Shown here piece after piece: positions 48,557 through 58,595 of a stretch of 64,000 nucleotides of DNA. The translations under genes were made by a program, and so were the position numbers. The notes below the pieces were generated by a model that saw only the letters and a list, made by a program, of their open reading frames with translations, had not been told where the DNA came from and did no database searches. The stretch lies in the IMG/VR virus record IMGVR_UViG_3300045988_122711. One strand, written 5' to 3'. Numbering within the stretch: the first letter of the stretch is position 1; each line of letters opens with the position of its first letter. This DNA comes from a virus.

Positions 48557-49300
48557 TTATTTGCTTTTATTAGTTCCTAAAAGATGCTCATTTCCTTGGT
48601 ATGGGATACACTCTTTGTATCTCAAACCTCCCAAGCATTCATATTTATATTCTTCTTCTCTTACTCTGGCAAATAAGTGTAGATTCCAATTTCCCAAATT
48701 GCTCGCTCTCACCAAGACTTGATCGAATGGCTTAAAATCGCATTTCTTTTGTTCGTCAAGTAAATATTCGTACTTACTTAGATATTGTTTTATTATTCCT
48801 GCTTTTTTAAGGTTTTCTGTATTAGCAATTCTTTCAGCAAAAGATTTTTTCTCTTCCTCTGTGGCTAATCTAACATACTTGGATTTATCCTCACTACACA
48901 CACTTGTCCATATTGGAACTTCTTCAGATATAATCTCGCCATATGCCGATATGCCATATATGCATCCCATATCTCCTTCTCTATTAATAATACCATTATA
49001 TATAAATGGGTTCCCAAGCGTGCTTATTAATATATCTCCTTTCTTGAAATACGCTCCAGCCTCTACCCTCAATTCCAGAGTGGCGTCAGCAAAAGTACAA
49101 CCTTCTGTGTTAGCATATATAGCGCTTATTCCATATCCATCTTTTTTTACAAAAAGCAAATTATAAGGACTTGCACAGTTTTTCGACTCATATACAAATT
49201 CTATTTCAATATCATTAATTAATACCGAACCTTCTATTTCTCCGCTTTTAATTTTTCTCGCCGTATTTAAATCAAACGGAACAACAATTGGATTTCCCAT
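48557..49300 (-). CDS. hypothetical protein, tandem paralog B
   Basis: paralog of 47818-48552. Confidence 0.5.
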   Translation of the reverse strand: MGNPIVVPFDLNTARKIKSGEIEGSVLINDIEIEFVYESKNCASPYNLLFVKKDGYGISAIYANTEGCTFADATLELRVEAGAYFKKGDILISTLGNPFIYNGIINREGDMGCIYGISAYGEIISEEVPIWTSVCSEDKSKYVRLATEEEKKSFAERIANTENLKKAGIIKQYLSKYEYLLDEQKKCDFKPFDQVLVRASNLGNWNLHLFARVREEEYKYECLGGLRYKECIPYQGNEHLLGTNKSK

Positions 49301-49340
49301 ATCTTTTCGTTTTTAATTGTTATAAAATAAGATGGGTTAC

Positions 49341-50405
49341 TTAAACCCATCCCAGTTGTTTTGCTATTCTCTCCATTTCGTTATATTCTATCCTATGACA
49401 TCCAGCGGTTAGCAAATCGTTTTCGTACCGATTTAGACTCCACTGGTTACCGGTGACGTCCTCCACCAGACCGTGCCGAAACTCGGCGCCCCGGTGCATT
49501 GCCGACACAGCCCGCCACAGTTTTTTGGCTTCTGCTATTCCAATCTTTATCTGTTTACTTGTCTCAATAATATTTCCTTTTATACGGATCCAGGCGTTAG
49601 GTTTTTCATCAGGAATATAGAAAGGTGTATTCAAGAAATTGATTTCTCCTGACTTCCACTCTTCCAGTTTTTCATCAAAATCCTTGTAACGGGCTTCTTC
49701 TTCCTTTCTTAATCTCTCTAATTTTATTCTTTCTCTTTCTTCCTCACCCTTTCTCCATCTTTCAGATCTTTCTGAATACTTAATCCATGTACCTTCCCCG
49801 CAAACTTCATCTACAATCACATTAACGGTTCCAAGGACTTCCAGTGCTTGATGATTCAACAAGATCTGGAAAACACGTTTCAATTCACGGACATGCTCAC
49901 GTTTAATCTTATCTGATTTATATGATAATTCATGGTTAGTTCCAAGCCATTCGTTTGCGCTCTTTTTAAGAAGACGTTGGGGAGTTTCCATATCAAAGAA
50001 CTCAATATAATCCATAATATTTTTAAAATTCCCCCAAACATCCCGATAAGACAATTCGGTTCTGGCTTTCTTGTATTTTTCAATAGCATCTTTAATGGAT
50101 TCCAACATATTGGTAACAAAGAGCATGTTACCGATACAATATGATATATTACATTCAACATAGAACACCTTTGAGCCAGTTGGTATTGCTTCACGAACAT
50201 AATATTGATGCTTGCTTGTAGTAGAAGAATAGTATGTATCATTAATCAAATACGCCTTTTCTCCACGCTTGTTCCGTACGATTCTTCCGATTTCAAAATG
50301 TCTTCCATAGGAGTAAATACTTTCACCTTCAAAATAGAAGTTACTACCATTCGCTGATTCTTCTTGTTCATGAGCCCACAAGTGAGCGACCATTAAATTG
50401 TTCAT
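49341..50405 (-). CDS. hypothetical protein (354 aa)
   Basis: ORF; ER-rich coiled-coil centre. Confidence 0.5.
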   Translation of the reverse strand: MNNLMVAHLWAHEQEESANGSNFYFEGESIYSYGRHFEIGRIVRNKRGEKAYLINDTYYSSTTSKHQYYVREAIPTGSKVFYVECNISYCIGNMLFVTNMLESIKDAIEKYKKARTELSYRDVWGNFKNIMDYIEFFDMETPQRLLKKSANEWLGTNHELSYKSDKIKREHVRELKRVFQILLNHQALEVLGTVNVIVDEVCGEGTWIKYSERSERWRKGEEERERIKLERLRKEEEARYKDFDEKLEEWKSGEINFLNTPFYIPDEKPNAWIRIKGNIIETSKQIKIGIAEAKKLWRAVSAMHRGAEFRHGLVEDVTGNQWSLNRYENDLLTAGCHRIEYNEMERIAKQLGWV

Positions 50406-50417
50406 ATAAATATCTTT

Positions 50418-50708
50418 TTAATTGTTCAACTTACCTTTATCATATGACATTCTTTTTTCGTATTTTTCAATACGTTCGGTTATCATATCGCAGAAAATTT
50501 GCCCCTCTTTTTCGGAACCTCTGAAGTAACCAATCATCTTCAGGATATTCCCGTTAAACTCATGGACAAACTTATTGTAATAATGTTCTCCCATAACTTT
50601 CCCGTATTTTTCTATGAACAAATCCTTGTCCAACGATTCATCTTTAAAACAACGGTTGTAATCCCATATTACGACACGAAGTAACGTTTCAAAATCCAAC
50701 CTTTCCAT
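50418..50708 (-). CDS. hypothetical protein
   Basis: ORF. Confidence 0.35.
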   Translation of the reverse strand: MERLDFETLLRVVIWDYNRCFKDESLDKDLFIEKYGKVMGEHYYNKFVHEFNGNILKMIGYFRGSEKEGQIFCDMITERIEKYEKRMSYDKGKLNN

Positions 50709-50716
50709 ATCCTGTA

Positions 50717-51613
50717 TTATTTAAGTTCAAACTTGATGCCTTCCGGCAACTGAGAGCGGTCTACGTTATTCACAAAATCATCAAACTCTTCCTGTGTGAT
50801 TTTTCCTCCATAATCGTTCCAGTTGAAAAATAAAGTGTTCGTGTGAGGATAATATATAACATTATTAATTGGCAATCCATAATCAAACACACAGAGTATT
50901 ATCTTCTTTTCTGCTTCTGCTTGTCTGATTTTTTTATCGTATCGCTCACAAATTTCAGCACGTTTTGCCGCCATCTTTGCTTTATGGGCTTCCACTCTGC
51001 GTTTCTCTATATTTTCTGAGGAATAATGCCCGGCTTTAATACGCTCTTCAATAAGAGATCGTTCCTCGTCCGTTAGTGTTAAAACAAATCTTTCTTCTTC
51101 CGGCTTATATGGATTAACCCACTTCTTTCCACACAATTTTTCAAGTTCCGCAATAAGCTCTTCTGATTCTCTTTTCCATCTATCCACAATCCCAAGATTG
51201 AAAAGCTGATACTTGAAATACAACTCATCCTCAGAGGCTTTATATAATTCTGCGCATTCTTGTTCTGATATACGCAAATACTCCATTGCTACAGACATGC
51301 CACTTCTTCTAACGTGATATATGTCATTTTCCACCGGATACATAGGAGCACCATAATGGTTACAAAGATGCAACGATATGAATTTTGCCAATTCCGGAAA
51401 ATGTTTTGCAACTTCATCGTGACAGCAGCCTCCCATATACTCCTTGTATTGTCCACGTTGATTTTTCCATCTAACATCGGCTGTTACTCTCCAGTCACAC
51501 ATATTGTTATGACAATCATCATCTAAAGATACTGTGACTGTTATTCTGTATTCTTCTTTGTTTTCTGTAAAGAATTTTGTACTTAAATAAGTTAGTTTGT
51601 TTGCAGTTTCCAT
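50717..51613 (-). CDS. hypothetical Cys/His-rich protein
   Basis: ORF. Confidence 0.45.
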   Translation of the reverse strand: METANKLTYLSTKFFTENKEEYRITVTVSLDDDCHNNMCDWRVTADVRWKNQRGQYKEYMGGCCHDEVAKHFPELAKFISLHLCNHYGAPMYPVENDIYHVRRSGMSVAMEYLRISEQECAELYKASEDELYFKYQLFNLGIVDRWKRESEELIAELEKLCGKKWVNPYKPEEERFVLTLTDEERSLIEERIKAGHYSSENIEKRRVEAHKAKMAAKRAEICERYDKKIRQAEAEKKIILCVFDYGLPINNVIYYPHTNTLFFNWNDYGGKITQEEFDDFVNNVDRSQLPEGIKFELK

Positions 51614-51624
51614 ATTATTTTAGT

Positions 51625-51879
51625 TTAATCATTACACTTATGAAAAATAAAATCTGCACACTCTCCGGGAAGTGTTCCTGCGTCATTACAACGGTAAAAC
51701 CCTTGTGTTTCCAAATCTACATCTACCGGATAACCTTCTGCTTTTTTCAAAAAAGCATCTATTTCCTGTATTTCTTCTTCAGACAGTCCTGAATAATCAC
51801 CGTTTATCAGAGCGCAAGCCCAATAAATCGGAAGCCTGTATCTTATTATTTCTATCATACCACCTTCGTTTATACGCAT
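51625..51879 (-). CDS. hypothetical protein
   Basis: ORF. Confidence 0.35.
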   Translation of the reverse strand: MRINEGGMIEIIRYRLPIYWACALINGDYSGLSEEEIQEIDAFLKKAEGYPVDVDLETQGFYRCNDAGTLPGECADFIFHKCND

Positions 51880-52175
51880 TCTATTATATCCACATCATCA
51901 ATTTGAGCAACCTGTACACCTTCGTCGTTTTCTATGATATATACATTAACTGCAAAAGGCGAACAGAAACCATTTTTTGATTCTCCTCCAGTGATGGGAT
52001 TATTATCCTCATCTAACCCACCCCATACCTCAAAATGATATTTTCCGAAATCAAAATAAGAGAACCAGACATTATTGTCTTCATGTATTTCAATCTCTTT
52101 TTTATCTATTTTGTAATTATGTTTACACCCACCATATTTAAATGATATGGTTATATATTTATCAAATTCTTTCAT
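51870..52175 (-). CDS. hypothetical protein
   Basis: ORF. Confidence 0.35.
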   Translation of the reverse strand: MKEFDKYITISFKYGGCKHNYKIDKKEIEIHEDNNVWFSYFDFGKYHFEVWGGLDEDNNPITGGESKNGFCSPFAVNVYIIENDEGVQVAQIDDVDIIECV

Positions 52176-52176
52176 T

Positions 52177-52569
52177 TTATATCTTCATTAGTCTGCAATT
52201 TGCATCTTCAAATACCGGAATCATCCCTTGTTCTCTAAAATAAGCAGTGGCCACTTTAAAAGCATACAGCGGATTTACTTTCTGGATTTCCCGCTGTGAT
52301 TTGTAGAAAGATAACGGTTGACATACATAGAAGTTTTCATTGCCAAGACTCCCAAAAAGCCAATCCATACTACCTTCATCACAATTAGTGCCACCCAGTA
52401 TTATTAAATCACATCCGGTCTTTCTGGTTCCAAGAATAAATATCTTATTCTTGTTTTTCGGTTGCATAAATATCTCCTTGTCGATTTTAAACCAGTCACT
52501 CTGGCAACTCTCCACATCCCGACGAACGATTTCGTCAATTTCACGGGCATATTCTTCTTGTGTTTTCAT
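52177..52569 (-). CDS. hypothetical protein
   Basis: ORF. Confidence 0.4.
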   Translation of the reverse strand: MKTQEEYAREIDEIVRRDVESCQSDWFKIDKEIFMQPKNKNKIFILGTRKTGCDLIILGGTNCDEGSMDWLFGSLGNENFYVCQPLSFYKSQREIQKVNPLYAFKVATAYFREQGMIPVFEDANCRLMKI

Positions 52570-52606
52570 AAGATATGTTATTAAAAATGATAACTAAATA
52601 TGTTTC

Positions 52607-53020
52607 TTAAAAGAAACTCCAACAAAATGTTACGATAAATTCTCCCATTCCGTATTCAGCAAGTTGCTTAAACGATTCTATCCCATTGCAGTAACAAAAA
52701 ACATCATCATTGTCATCATCGTTGATGTTCAATGATAGTTTCATTGTCTTTCTTTGTTCATCTCCTGTCTCTTTCCGTACAATCTGACATTCTACGTATT
52801 CAGGCTCCTTCCCTGTTCTTTCTACAAATTCATGAAACCTTAAATCAATTTCATGTTTGACTTCTTCAATGTTGGATATTATCACCTCGTTTTCACAATT
52901 CGAGCAAATAGCATGCATAAAAGATCCATCAAAATAATCTATTATTTTTCCGGTATTCGGATTTACTATGGCTTCACAAGCAACATTTGTTCCACCACAT
53001 CTTGTACATATATATCCCAT
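52607..53020 (-). CDS. zinc-ribbon protein
   Basis: CTRCGG...C ... CSNC. Confidence 0.4.
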   Translation of the reverse strand: MGYICTRCGGTNVACEAIVNPNTGKIIDYFDGSFMHAICSNCENEVIISNIEEVKHEIDLRFHEFVERTGKEPEYVECQIVRKETGDEQRKTMKLSLNINDDDNDDVFCYCNGIESFKQLAEYGMGEFIVTFCWSFF

Positions 53021-53163
53021 AATTATCTGTTTTTAAAATGTTCAACAATTTCATCTACTGTAGCCTTACGCCACGCAAAGCAGGCCCCGTCTCCCCTGAA
53101 CCGGAGCTCTTCGCACTTTCCCACCTGTCTCCTGTGGCGTCCGTCACTATCAGCCATTATAAC

Positions 53164-53973
53164 CTATTCTTCTAAATCATTCTCTATCATAACTTCCTTT
53201 ATCAATTCATCTGTCTCCTCGTAACATCCCCAGCAAGAATCAACCTCTTCCCATTCTTCACAATCTTCATCCTCTCTTGATTCGTCTTTGTATTTCTTGG
53301 TAAATGCTACCTTCTTTTCAAGAACGTACCCTTTTACATCTCCCCACATCCACATACCTATGGACTTTACTTCATTATCTATAATTTTGGCACAATCTTC
53401 TTTCCAGTCTCCTTCCTTATCGCAGACTTCATTATCATATTTTTCTTTTGTAACGTATGCTATCCCTTTTATATAATCACCTTGACTATAACCCCTTGTT
53501 GACCACTCTATAGCCACCACATCTTTTCCATATTTGGATATGATATCTAACAAATCTTCGTCATCCAGATCCTCTATTAATTCCCCTCTGCAATCAAAGT
53601 CCGTCAAATCACTTGGAAAAAACTCTTGACCTATATATGGACTTGTCTTATGCTTCAACTCCCATACATTGCTACCTCTGTTGTATGTGAATGAGATCCC
53701 ATTCGCTTCCCCTTTCTTTAAATATTTTACAATGTCTTTCTGTTCTATATGCTTCATTACAATAGCATCAATAACATCTCTAAGATTATGCTTGTTATCG
53801 TAGAAGAAAGTTTTCCAATTGCATTCATCATGCAATCGATGCATATCAGAGTATTCAAAAAAGAATGACCCAAACAAACCCCAATTAGTTATAGGGCATT
53901 CTGAATCATGGCAATAATACACTTTAATGCGATAATCGCCTACTTCTTTTGTTGTAATAAGATCGTCTTCCAT
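53164..53973 (-). CDS. hypothetical protein
   Basis: ORF. Confidence 0.45.
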   Translation of the reverse strand: MEDDLITTKEVGDYRIKVYYCHDSECPITNWGLFGSFFFEYSDMHRLHDECNWKTFFYDNKHNLRDVIDAIVMKHIEQKDIVKYLKKGEANGISFTYNRGSNVWELKHKTSPYIGQEFFPSDLTDFDCRGELIEDLDDEDLLDIISKYGKDVVAIEWSTRGYSQGDYIKGIAYVTKEKYDNEVCDKEGDWKEDCAKIIDNEVKSIGMWMWGDVKGYVLEKKVAFTKKYKDESREDEDCEEWEEVDSCWGCYEETDELIKEVMIENDLEE

Positions 53974-53984
53974 GTCTTTATATT

Positions 53985-54437
53985 TTAAATAGTTCTTAAT
54001 TTTTCTTCGATAAATTCATCTATTACATCATAGTATGAGCCATCAAAATCCCCATATTTCTCTGTAAACTCTTTAGCCCACTCTTGAATGATGGCAAATG
54101 CCTCTTCCCTGCTACATTCTTTTAATCCCATTAGATCATCCACGGCTATCACCGACATCTCTTGCAGATTTCGTAAATAATTCAAATCTATGCTATATGG
54201 TAGCTTGCCTACTTCTATACATACATAATGACCTTGTTTAAAGGCATCCTGCAAGTCTTCAAGACTCTCTATCAATGACTCAGACTCATCATCTATTCTT
54301 ATCTTGTATAACTCAAAATCTTCATTTTCTGCCGACACCCATATCTTATAGGCTTTTTCGTTGGACAATCTTTTCCAAACAAATCCGTCACTGAATACAA
54401 TTAGGCTACCTGTTACTATCGTATTTTTCATAACCAC
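53985..54437 (-). CDS. hypothetical protein
   Basis: ORF. Confidence 0.4.
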   Translation of the reverse strand: MVMKNTIVTGSLIVFSDGFVWKRLSNEKAYKIWVSAENEDFELYKIRIDDESESLIESLEDLQDAFKQGHYVCIEVGKLPYSIDLNYLRNLQEMSVIAVDDLMGLKECSREEAFAIIQEWAKEFTEKYGDFDGSYYDVIDEFIEEKLRTI

Positions 54438-54439
54438 TT

Positions 54440-54754
54440 TTAATCTGTTATTCTGTAATAATAATCAAGTTCTTCTCCCTTAAAGTTGTTCATGGCATAC
54501 TCGTCAGCTTCTCGCCACAACCGGTCATACAATGCAGCCAGTTCGCGATCACCTTCATAATGCTGCCAGATTTTATGATTCAATACAAGCGTTAATTCCG
54601 TGAAAAACTTATAATCATCTTTCCATTCATTAAACGCACGTCTGTAGGTATCCTTGACACCTGCTATACCATACTTGTCGGCTATGCTGAAATCTTCCCA
54701 AAAGGTAGTCATTAGGTTATAGCCCACTTCTTTCATAAATTCTTTGAATGTCAT
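54440..54754 (-). CDS. hypothetical protein
   Basis: ORF. Confidence 0.4.
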   Translation of the reverse strand: MTFKEFMKEVGYNLMTTFWEDFSIADKYGIAGVKDTYRRAFNEWKDDYKFFTELTLVLNHKIWQHYEGDRELAALYDRLWREADEYAMNNFKGEELDYYYRITD

Positions 54755-54785
54755 AAGCTATTATTTTAGGTATATAATTACCTCA

Positions 54786-55076
54786 TTAAATTTTTGAATT
54801 GTCATATAATTCCCCTGAATATGGACTGTATATTGTTCCGGCTTCCACCGCTCCAGGTTCTACCGCCATCAGTCCTACACCTACTTCATAATACAGTTCA
54901 AGATCTATTGGCTCCATCGCCATCCTCTCAGCTTCTTTCTTGCTAAGACCTGAAAGCATTAAACATTTCACCTTATTTGCGTACGCAATAGGATACTCTT
55001 CTGGAGTTAATCTTATTAAGACTACTTCTGCTTCTTCTGCGCTGTTAAGTTTTAATTCGTTTCCCATTTTATGCAT
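54786..55076 (-). CDS. hypothetical protein
   Basis: ORF. Confidence 0.4.
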   Translation of the reverse strand: MHKMGNELKLNSAEEAEVVLIRLTPEEYPIAYANKVKCLMLSGLSKKEAERMAMEPIDLELYYEVGVGLMAVEPGAVEAGTIYSPYSGELYDNSKI

Positions 55077-55159
55077 TGTTTTCGCTGTTCACTATCTGAC
55101 TAATGTACGGTCCTGGTCACGAACAGCCAGGCCGACCTCATGGCAGGGCAGGCGTCGCC

Positions 55160-55348
55160 TTACCCTGGCTGTTCTACCCACTCCCTGTACCCTACATTAA
55201 AACCAATAGGATCATACCTTTTGATCATAGTGCCATAATTCTCTCTACCGCAATACCTGTTCTTTCCTCCAATAACCCATGCTTCATCGTCTCTATCTGG
55301 AGATATGGAGTTAAGAAACTTCTCATAATCTTTTCTACTCTTTCCCAT
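55160..55348 (-). CDS. hypothetical protein
   Basis: ORF; 3' end overlaps GC-rich inverted repeat. Confidence 0.3.
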   Translation of the reverse strand: MGKSRKDYEKFLNSISPDRDDEAWVIGGKNRYCGRENYGTMIKRYDPIGFNVGYREWVEQPG

Positions 55349-55703
55349 CTTTGTCTTGATTTAAACAATAGTTAATAAAATAAGCAACCTGTTCATTTTC
55401 CCCTGTATTATCATAATCACCTAAAGTCATATCATCATAATCCAGCAGAACTATACGAAAATCGTTTTTTTTGACATACACTTCCGTTAAATACATAGGA
55501 ATCCCAGCAATTTCTATTATCACCGGAAACTGATCATCGAAGTCAAACGCATCATTAGTTTCTTTAAACTCTTTAAATTCTTTGAATTTTAGCTTTATAC
55601 TTCCACCGTTCTCCACTAATGCCTCTTTGATGTACTTTAATCTTTTTGCATTCAGATCAACCTCTGCTTTTTCTATTTCTTTGTACAATTCATTCAGATC
55701 CAT
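55335..55703 (-). CDS. hypothetical protein
   Basis: ORF. Confidence 0.4.
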   Translation of the reverse strand: MDLNELYKEIEKAEVDLNAKRLKYIKEALVENGGSIKLKFKEFKEFKETNDAFDFDDQFPVIIEIAGIPMYLTEVYVKKNDFRIVLLDYDDMTLGDYDNTGENEQVAYFINYCLNQDKDGKE

Positions 55704-56205
55704 ATTCCACTATATTTATGTTGTCAAATTTTTCTTTTATAACATCCAAGGCGCCACACTCGTTTGTTACCATAGCATACTTTCCTGGCTTCATTCTCCA
55801 CAGATTAAAATATCTTGTCACATTTATAATGTTGTTAAATAATGATATTTCGTATCTTGTGTTCCCATTTTCACCATGTCCCGCTTTTTTAAAATAACAT
55901 AGGGTCGGCTTGTATTTGAAATAATTAAAAAGCCTATACCATCCCTTCCCGTTACATGTTTCACGATTCCATATTCCAGTAAGCTTCCTATATCCCCTTA
56001 CTGGTATTTTCTCTATTTCTTTTGGTACAATCTTGACATACTCTCCTTCTCCGATTGGTATAGTCATATTGCCTGCCTTTTCCGTGCAAAAGTATTCTAT
56101 TTCAGATGCCATGCCTTTATATACATAGAACCGGTATAGGTTCCCGTCAGGGTCTACCCGATCCATGTAATATAATATCACTTTGTCTACTTTTATCTTT
56201 TTCAT
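55690..56205 (-). CDS. hypothetical protein
   Basis: ORF. Confidence 0.4.
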   Translation of the reverse strand: MKKIKVDKVILYYMDRVDPDGNLYRFYVYKGMASEIEYFCTEKAGNMTIPIGEGEYVKIVPKEIEKIPVRGYRKLTGIWNRETCNGKGWYRLFNYFKYKPTLCYFKKAGHGENGNTRYEISLFNNIINVTRYFNLWRMKPGKYAMVTNECGALDVIKEKFDNINIVEYGSE

Positions 56206-56453
56206 TCCTTTATTCTCCTTATCTTTAAATCGTTATTCCCACAGTATTCCTTCAGCCAACTATCCGTTAGATAACGATTAACTCTATCGTATTTCTTTTT
56301 CGGGCCCTTGCTCCAGAATTTCCATTCTTTTGTGATATTGTACCCATATTTATCAAACCAATAGATATAATACACTACGTTACCGTATAAATCCACTCTT
56401 TTTCTTTCCTGTATGACTACCTCGTAAGGCATCTTCTTGTCTCTTTTCTCCAT
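56202..56453 (-). CDS. hypothetical protein
   Basis: ORF. Confidence 0.35.
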   Translation of the reverse strand: MEKRDKKMPYEVVIQERKRVDLYGNVVYYIYWFDKYGYNITKEWKFWSKGPKKKYDRVNRYLTDSWLKEYCGNNDLKIRRIKE

Positions 56454-56473
56454 CTTTGTCCTCCTTTCTTGAA

Positions 56474-56510
56474 TAAAAAAAACGGCACCTATCTTCGCAG
56501 ACCAGTGCCG
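56474..56510 (-). terminator. rho-independent terminator (minus strand); loop carries GTCTGCGAAGAT
   Basis: CGGCAC...GTGCCG stem followed on minus strand by T8. Confidence 0.65.
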
Positions 56511-56531
56511 GTAACTAACTTACATGGAAAA

Positions 56532-56942
56532 CTACTTAACCTCAACTAATTCTACAGAGTTGTAGAATTTAGTGAAGCTACCAACAAATTCTCTTATATT
56601 TTTATATTCTTCTGGTCGTTTTCTGTTACCGTCTTTTATGTAATTCACCCACAGTCTATCCTCTATGTTCTTAATCGCATTTTCTATAGTAAATTCGTCG
56701 CTGACACACATTAAACACGAAGATCCGGTTTTCTTATGTGGTTTATACACCCTTGAAAAAGACCACATTTTTATCCTGTCGTATATATATCCGTTGTTTG
56801 GATAAACGAATCCTATCCGGCTGTCACCTTCTTTGGCATAAAATACACCTGGCTCCTTCCCGCCCTTTCTATATACTACGAATCCTTTTTCTTTTAGGAT
56901 CTTAACCACTTTATTTAATTTATTTTCTACGTTCATTTTCAT
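56532..56942 (-). CDS. hypothetical protein
   Basis: ORF. Confidence 0.4.
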   Translation of the reverse strand: MKMNVENKLNKVVKILKEKGFVVYRKGGKEPGVFYAKEGDSRIGFVYPNNGYIYDRIKMWSFSRVYKPHKKTGSSCLMCVSDEFTIENAIKNIEDRLWVNYIKDGNRKRPEEYKNIREFVGSFTKFYNSVELVEVK

Positions 56943-57393
56943 GCAAAAATTTAAAAACGACCTTCATTACATTTCCAAAGTTCTCCACCTTAACCCACTC
57001 GTGAGCTACTGCTCTAAGTACGGATGTTTCGTATGTCGGAATATCGTCTTCTTCAACCACCTTACAAGAAGCCAGAACTCCTTCAGTCGGCTTTAGTCCG
57101 AGGTCATGCAGCTCGCAGAGACCGCCCGGCTGGCGGAATGCGCACCACCCGTCTTTCTCTGTTGGCTGGATCATCGCTATTGGTTTTTCTTTCACTGCAA
57201 GATACCCTACCATCCACATTGTTTCTTTTAACCTGTCAGCGTATCCGGCATCTATGATAGCCTCTATGTCTTTTGGCGTACCAATACAAGGAACTTTACA
57301 CATGTTTTTACATTTATCACATGTACAAGGTTGCTCCCATCTGTTATGATCTATGCCTACCAACTTCTTTATCCGTTCTACTTCTTCTTTCAT
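56920..57393 (-). CDS. hypothetical Cys-rich protein
   Basis: CTCDKCKNMCKVPC cluster. Confidence 0.4.
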   Translation of the reverse strand: MKEEVERIKKLVGIDHNRWEQPCTCDKCKNMCKVPCIGTPKDIEAIIDAGYADRLKETMWMVGYLAVKEKPIAMIQPTEKDGWCAFRQPGGLCELHDLGLKPTEGVLASCKVVEEDDIPTYETSVLRAVAHEWVKVENFGNVMKVVFKFLHENERRK

Positions 57394-57394
57394 A

Positions 57395-57679
57395 TTATAC
57401 TATCTCTGTTAGTTTTTCATAATACAACTTCATTTCCGGTGAAGCATATTCCATGAATGCTTCGAATAAGTAGGGTACCTCTATTATCATATTCACATTA
57501 CAACCTTCTGCCTGTGAAAGAGATTCAAGATCATTGCTGTATGAACACGTTACATGAGCTCCTACATTAAACACATGTAAATCTAATCTTACATATTCCA
57601 TACATAAATCTAACGCTTTAAACAAGTTTTCTACCTCAATCTCCTGAAATAGGTCTATAAACATCCTTAAATCCATCAT
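57395..57679 (-). CDS. hypothetical protein
   Basis: ORF. Confidence 0.35.
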   Translation of the reverse strand: MMDLRMFIDLFQEIEVENLFKALDLCMEYVRLDLHVFNVGAHVTCSYSNDLESLSQAEGCNVNMIIEVPYLFEAFMEYASPEMKLYYEKLTEIV

Positions 57680-58059
57680 TTTACTACCCTTTCTATGTGT
57701 TTAATTAATACTACCGCCATTCCATTGCCGGTTTTTATCGCACATTCCGATCCTTTTATCCATTCTACACATCCTACATACTTTTCTGTAGAATGAAAAC
57801 CTGGATTGTATTTTCCAGATGTACTGAACTCTACCGTATTCCCCACCTTCAGATCATCAAAAGCAATAGACCATGTGGTCCAAATTCTATCATGTCTCCC
57901 AGGCTGAATAGCTCCGATTACGCCTTTTTTACGACCGTTTTTTATCGCCCTTAGTATTATCTTTCTATCACCTTCGATAAGGCTGCAAAAGCGCCCGTAA
58001 AAGGTCAAATCAACCTGTTTTCCTCCTATTTCTTCTCTTATTTTTGTTATTCTGTTCAT
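57676..58059 (-). CDS. hypothetical protein
   Basis: ORF. Confidence 0.4.
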   Translation of the reverse strand: MNRITKIREEIGGKQVDLTFYGRFCSLIEGDRKIILRAIKNGRKKGVIGAIQPGRHDRIWTTWSIAFDDLKVGNTVEFSTSGKYNPGFHSTEKYVGCVEWIKGSECAIKTGNGMAVVLIKHIERVVK

Positions 58060-58303
58060 TTTCTGATTTTGTTTTATTTTTTTCCTTGTTTTTTCTATCT
58101 TCTATAGAAGATGATAATAACATTATCTTTTCTATGTTACTTTTTGACTGTAAAAAAGAATCGCATTTCATTACTACTACCACCTTCTTAAGTTCCCCAT
58201 TATCGTATAGCGATACACGCATCATGTTTTGCACCTCGTCCACTATCAGACCTGGAGTAGTCTTAGCCATTTTGCGTAGCTTATTATACTCCGGTCTTTC
58301 CAT
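58010..58303 (-). CDS. hypothetical basic-tailed protein
   Basis: ORF. Confidence 0.3.
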   Translation of the reverse strand: MERPEYNKLRKMAKTTPGLIVDEVQNMMRVSLYDNGELKKVVVVMKCDSFLQSKSNIEKIMLLSSSIEDRKNKEKNKTKSENEQNNKNKRRNRRKTG

Positions 58304-58568
58304 TTCCTCTGTTTATTACTCTATAGTATTTATCCTTATCCCCTTCTTTCAACTTCTCCAGATAGAAAATTCCATCATGTAAATGAGACAAACAAAACCT
58401 GTATCCGTATTTCTGTACTCTTCTTACATGATCCCGCAGTCTTATCTCTTCACTTTTGTCTTGTACTTTGATTTTAATACTGTCTCCTTCTTTGATTGTG
58501 TATAAAATAGTTTGAATCTCTTCTTTTTTCATCTTATAAAATATTTTAACGGCAGCACCTATACTCAC
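58284..58568 (-). CDS. hypothetical protein
   Basis: ORF. Confidence 0.35.
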   Translation of the reverse strand: MSIGAAVKIFYKMKKEEIQTILYTIKEGDSIKIKVQDKSEEIRLRDHVRRVQKYGYRFCLSHLHDGIFYLEKLKEGDKDKYYRVINRGNGKTGV

Positions 58569-58595
58569 GCACCACTACTGCCTTATGTTTAACAA

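Noticed and set aside
53028-53162. 44-aa GC-rich ATG ORF (MADSDGRHRRQVGKCEELRF...)
   Set aside because: Composition atypical for this genome and overlaps a GC-rich structured patch; kept only as an observation, not annotated as CDS.
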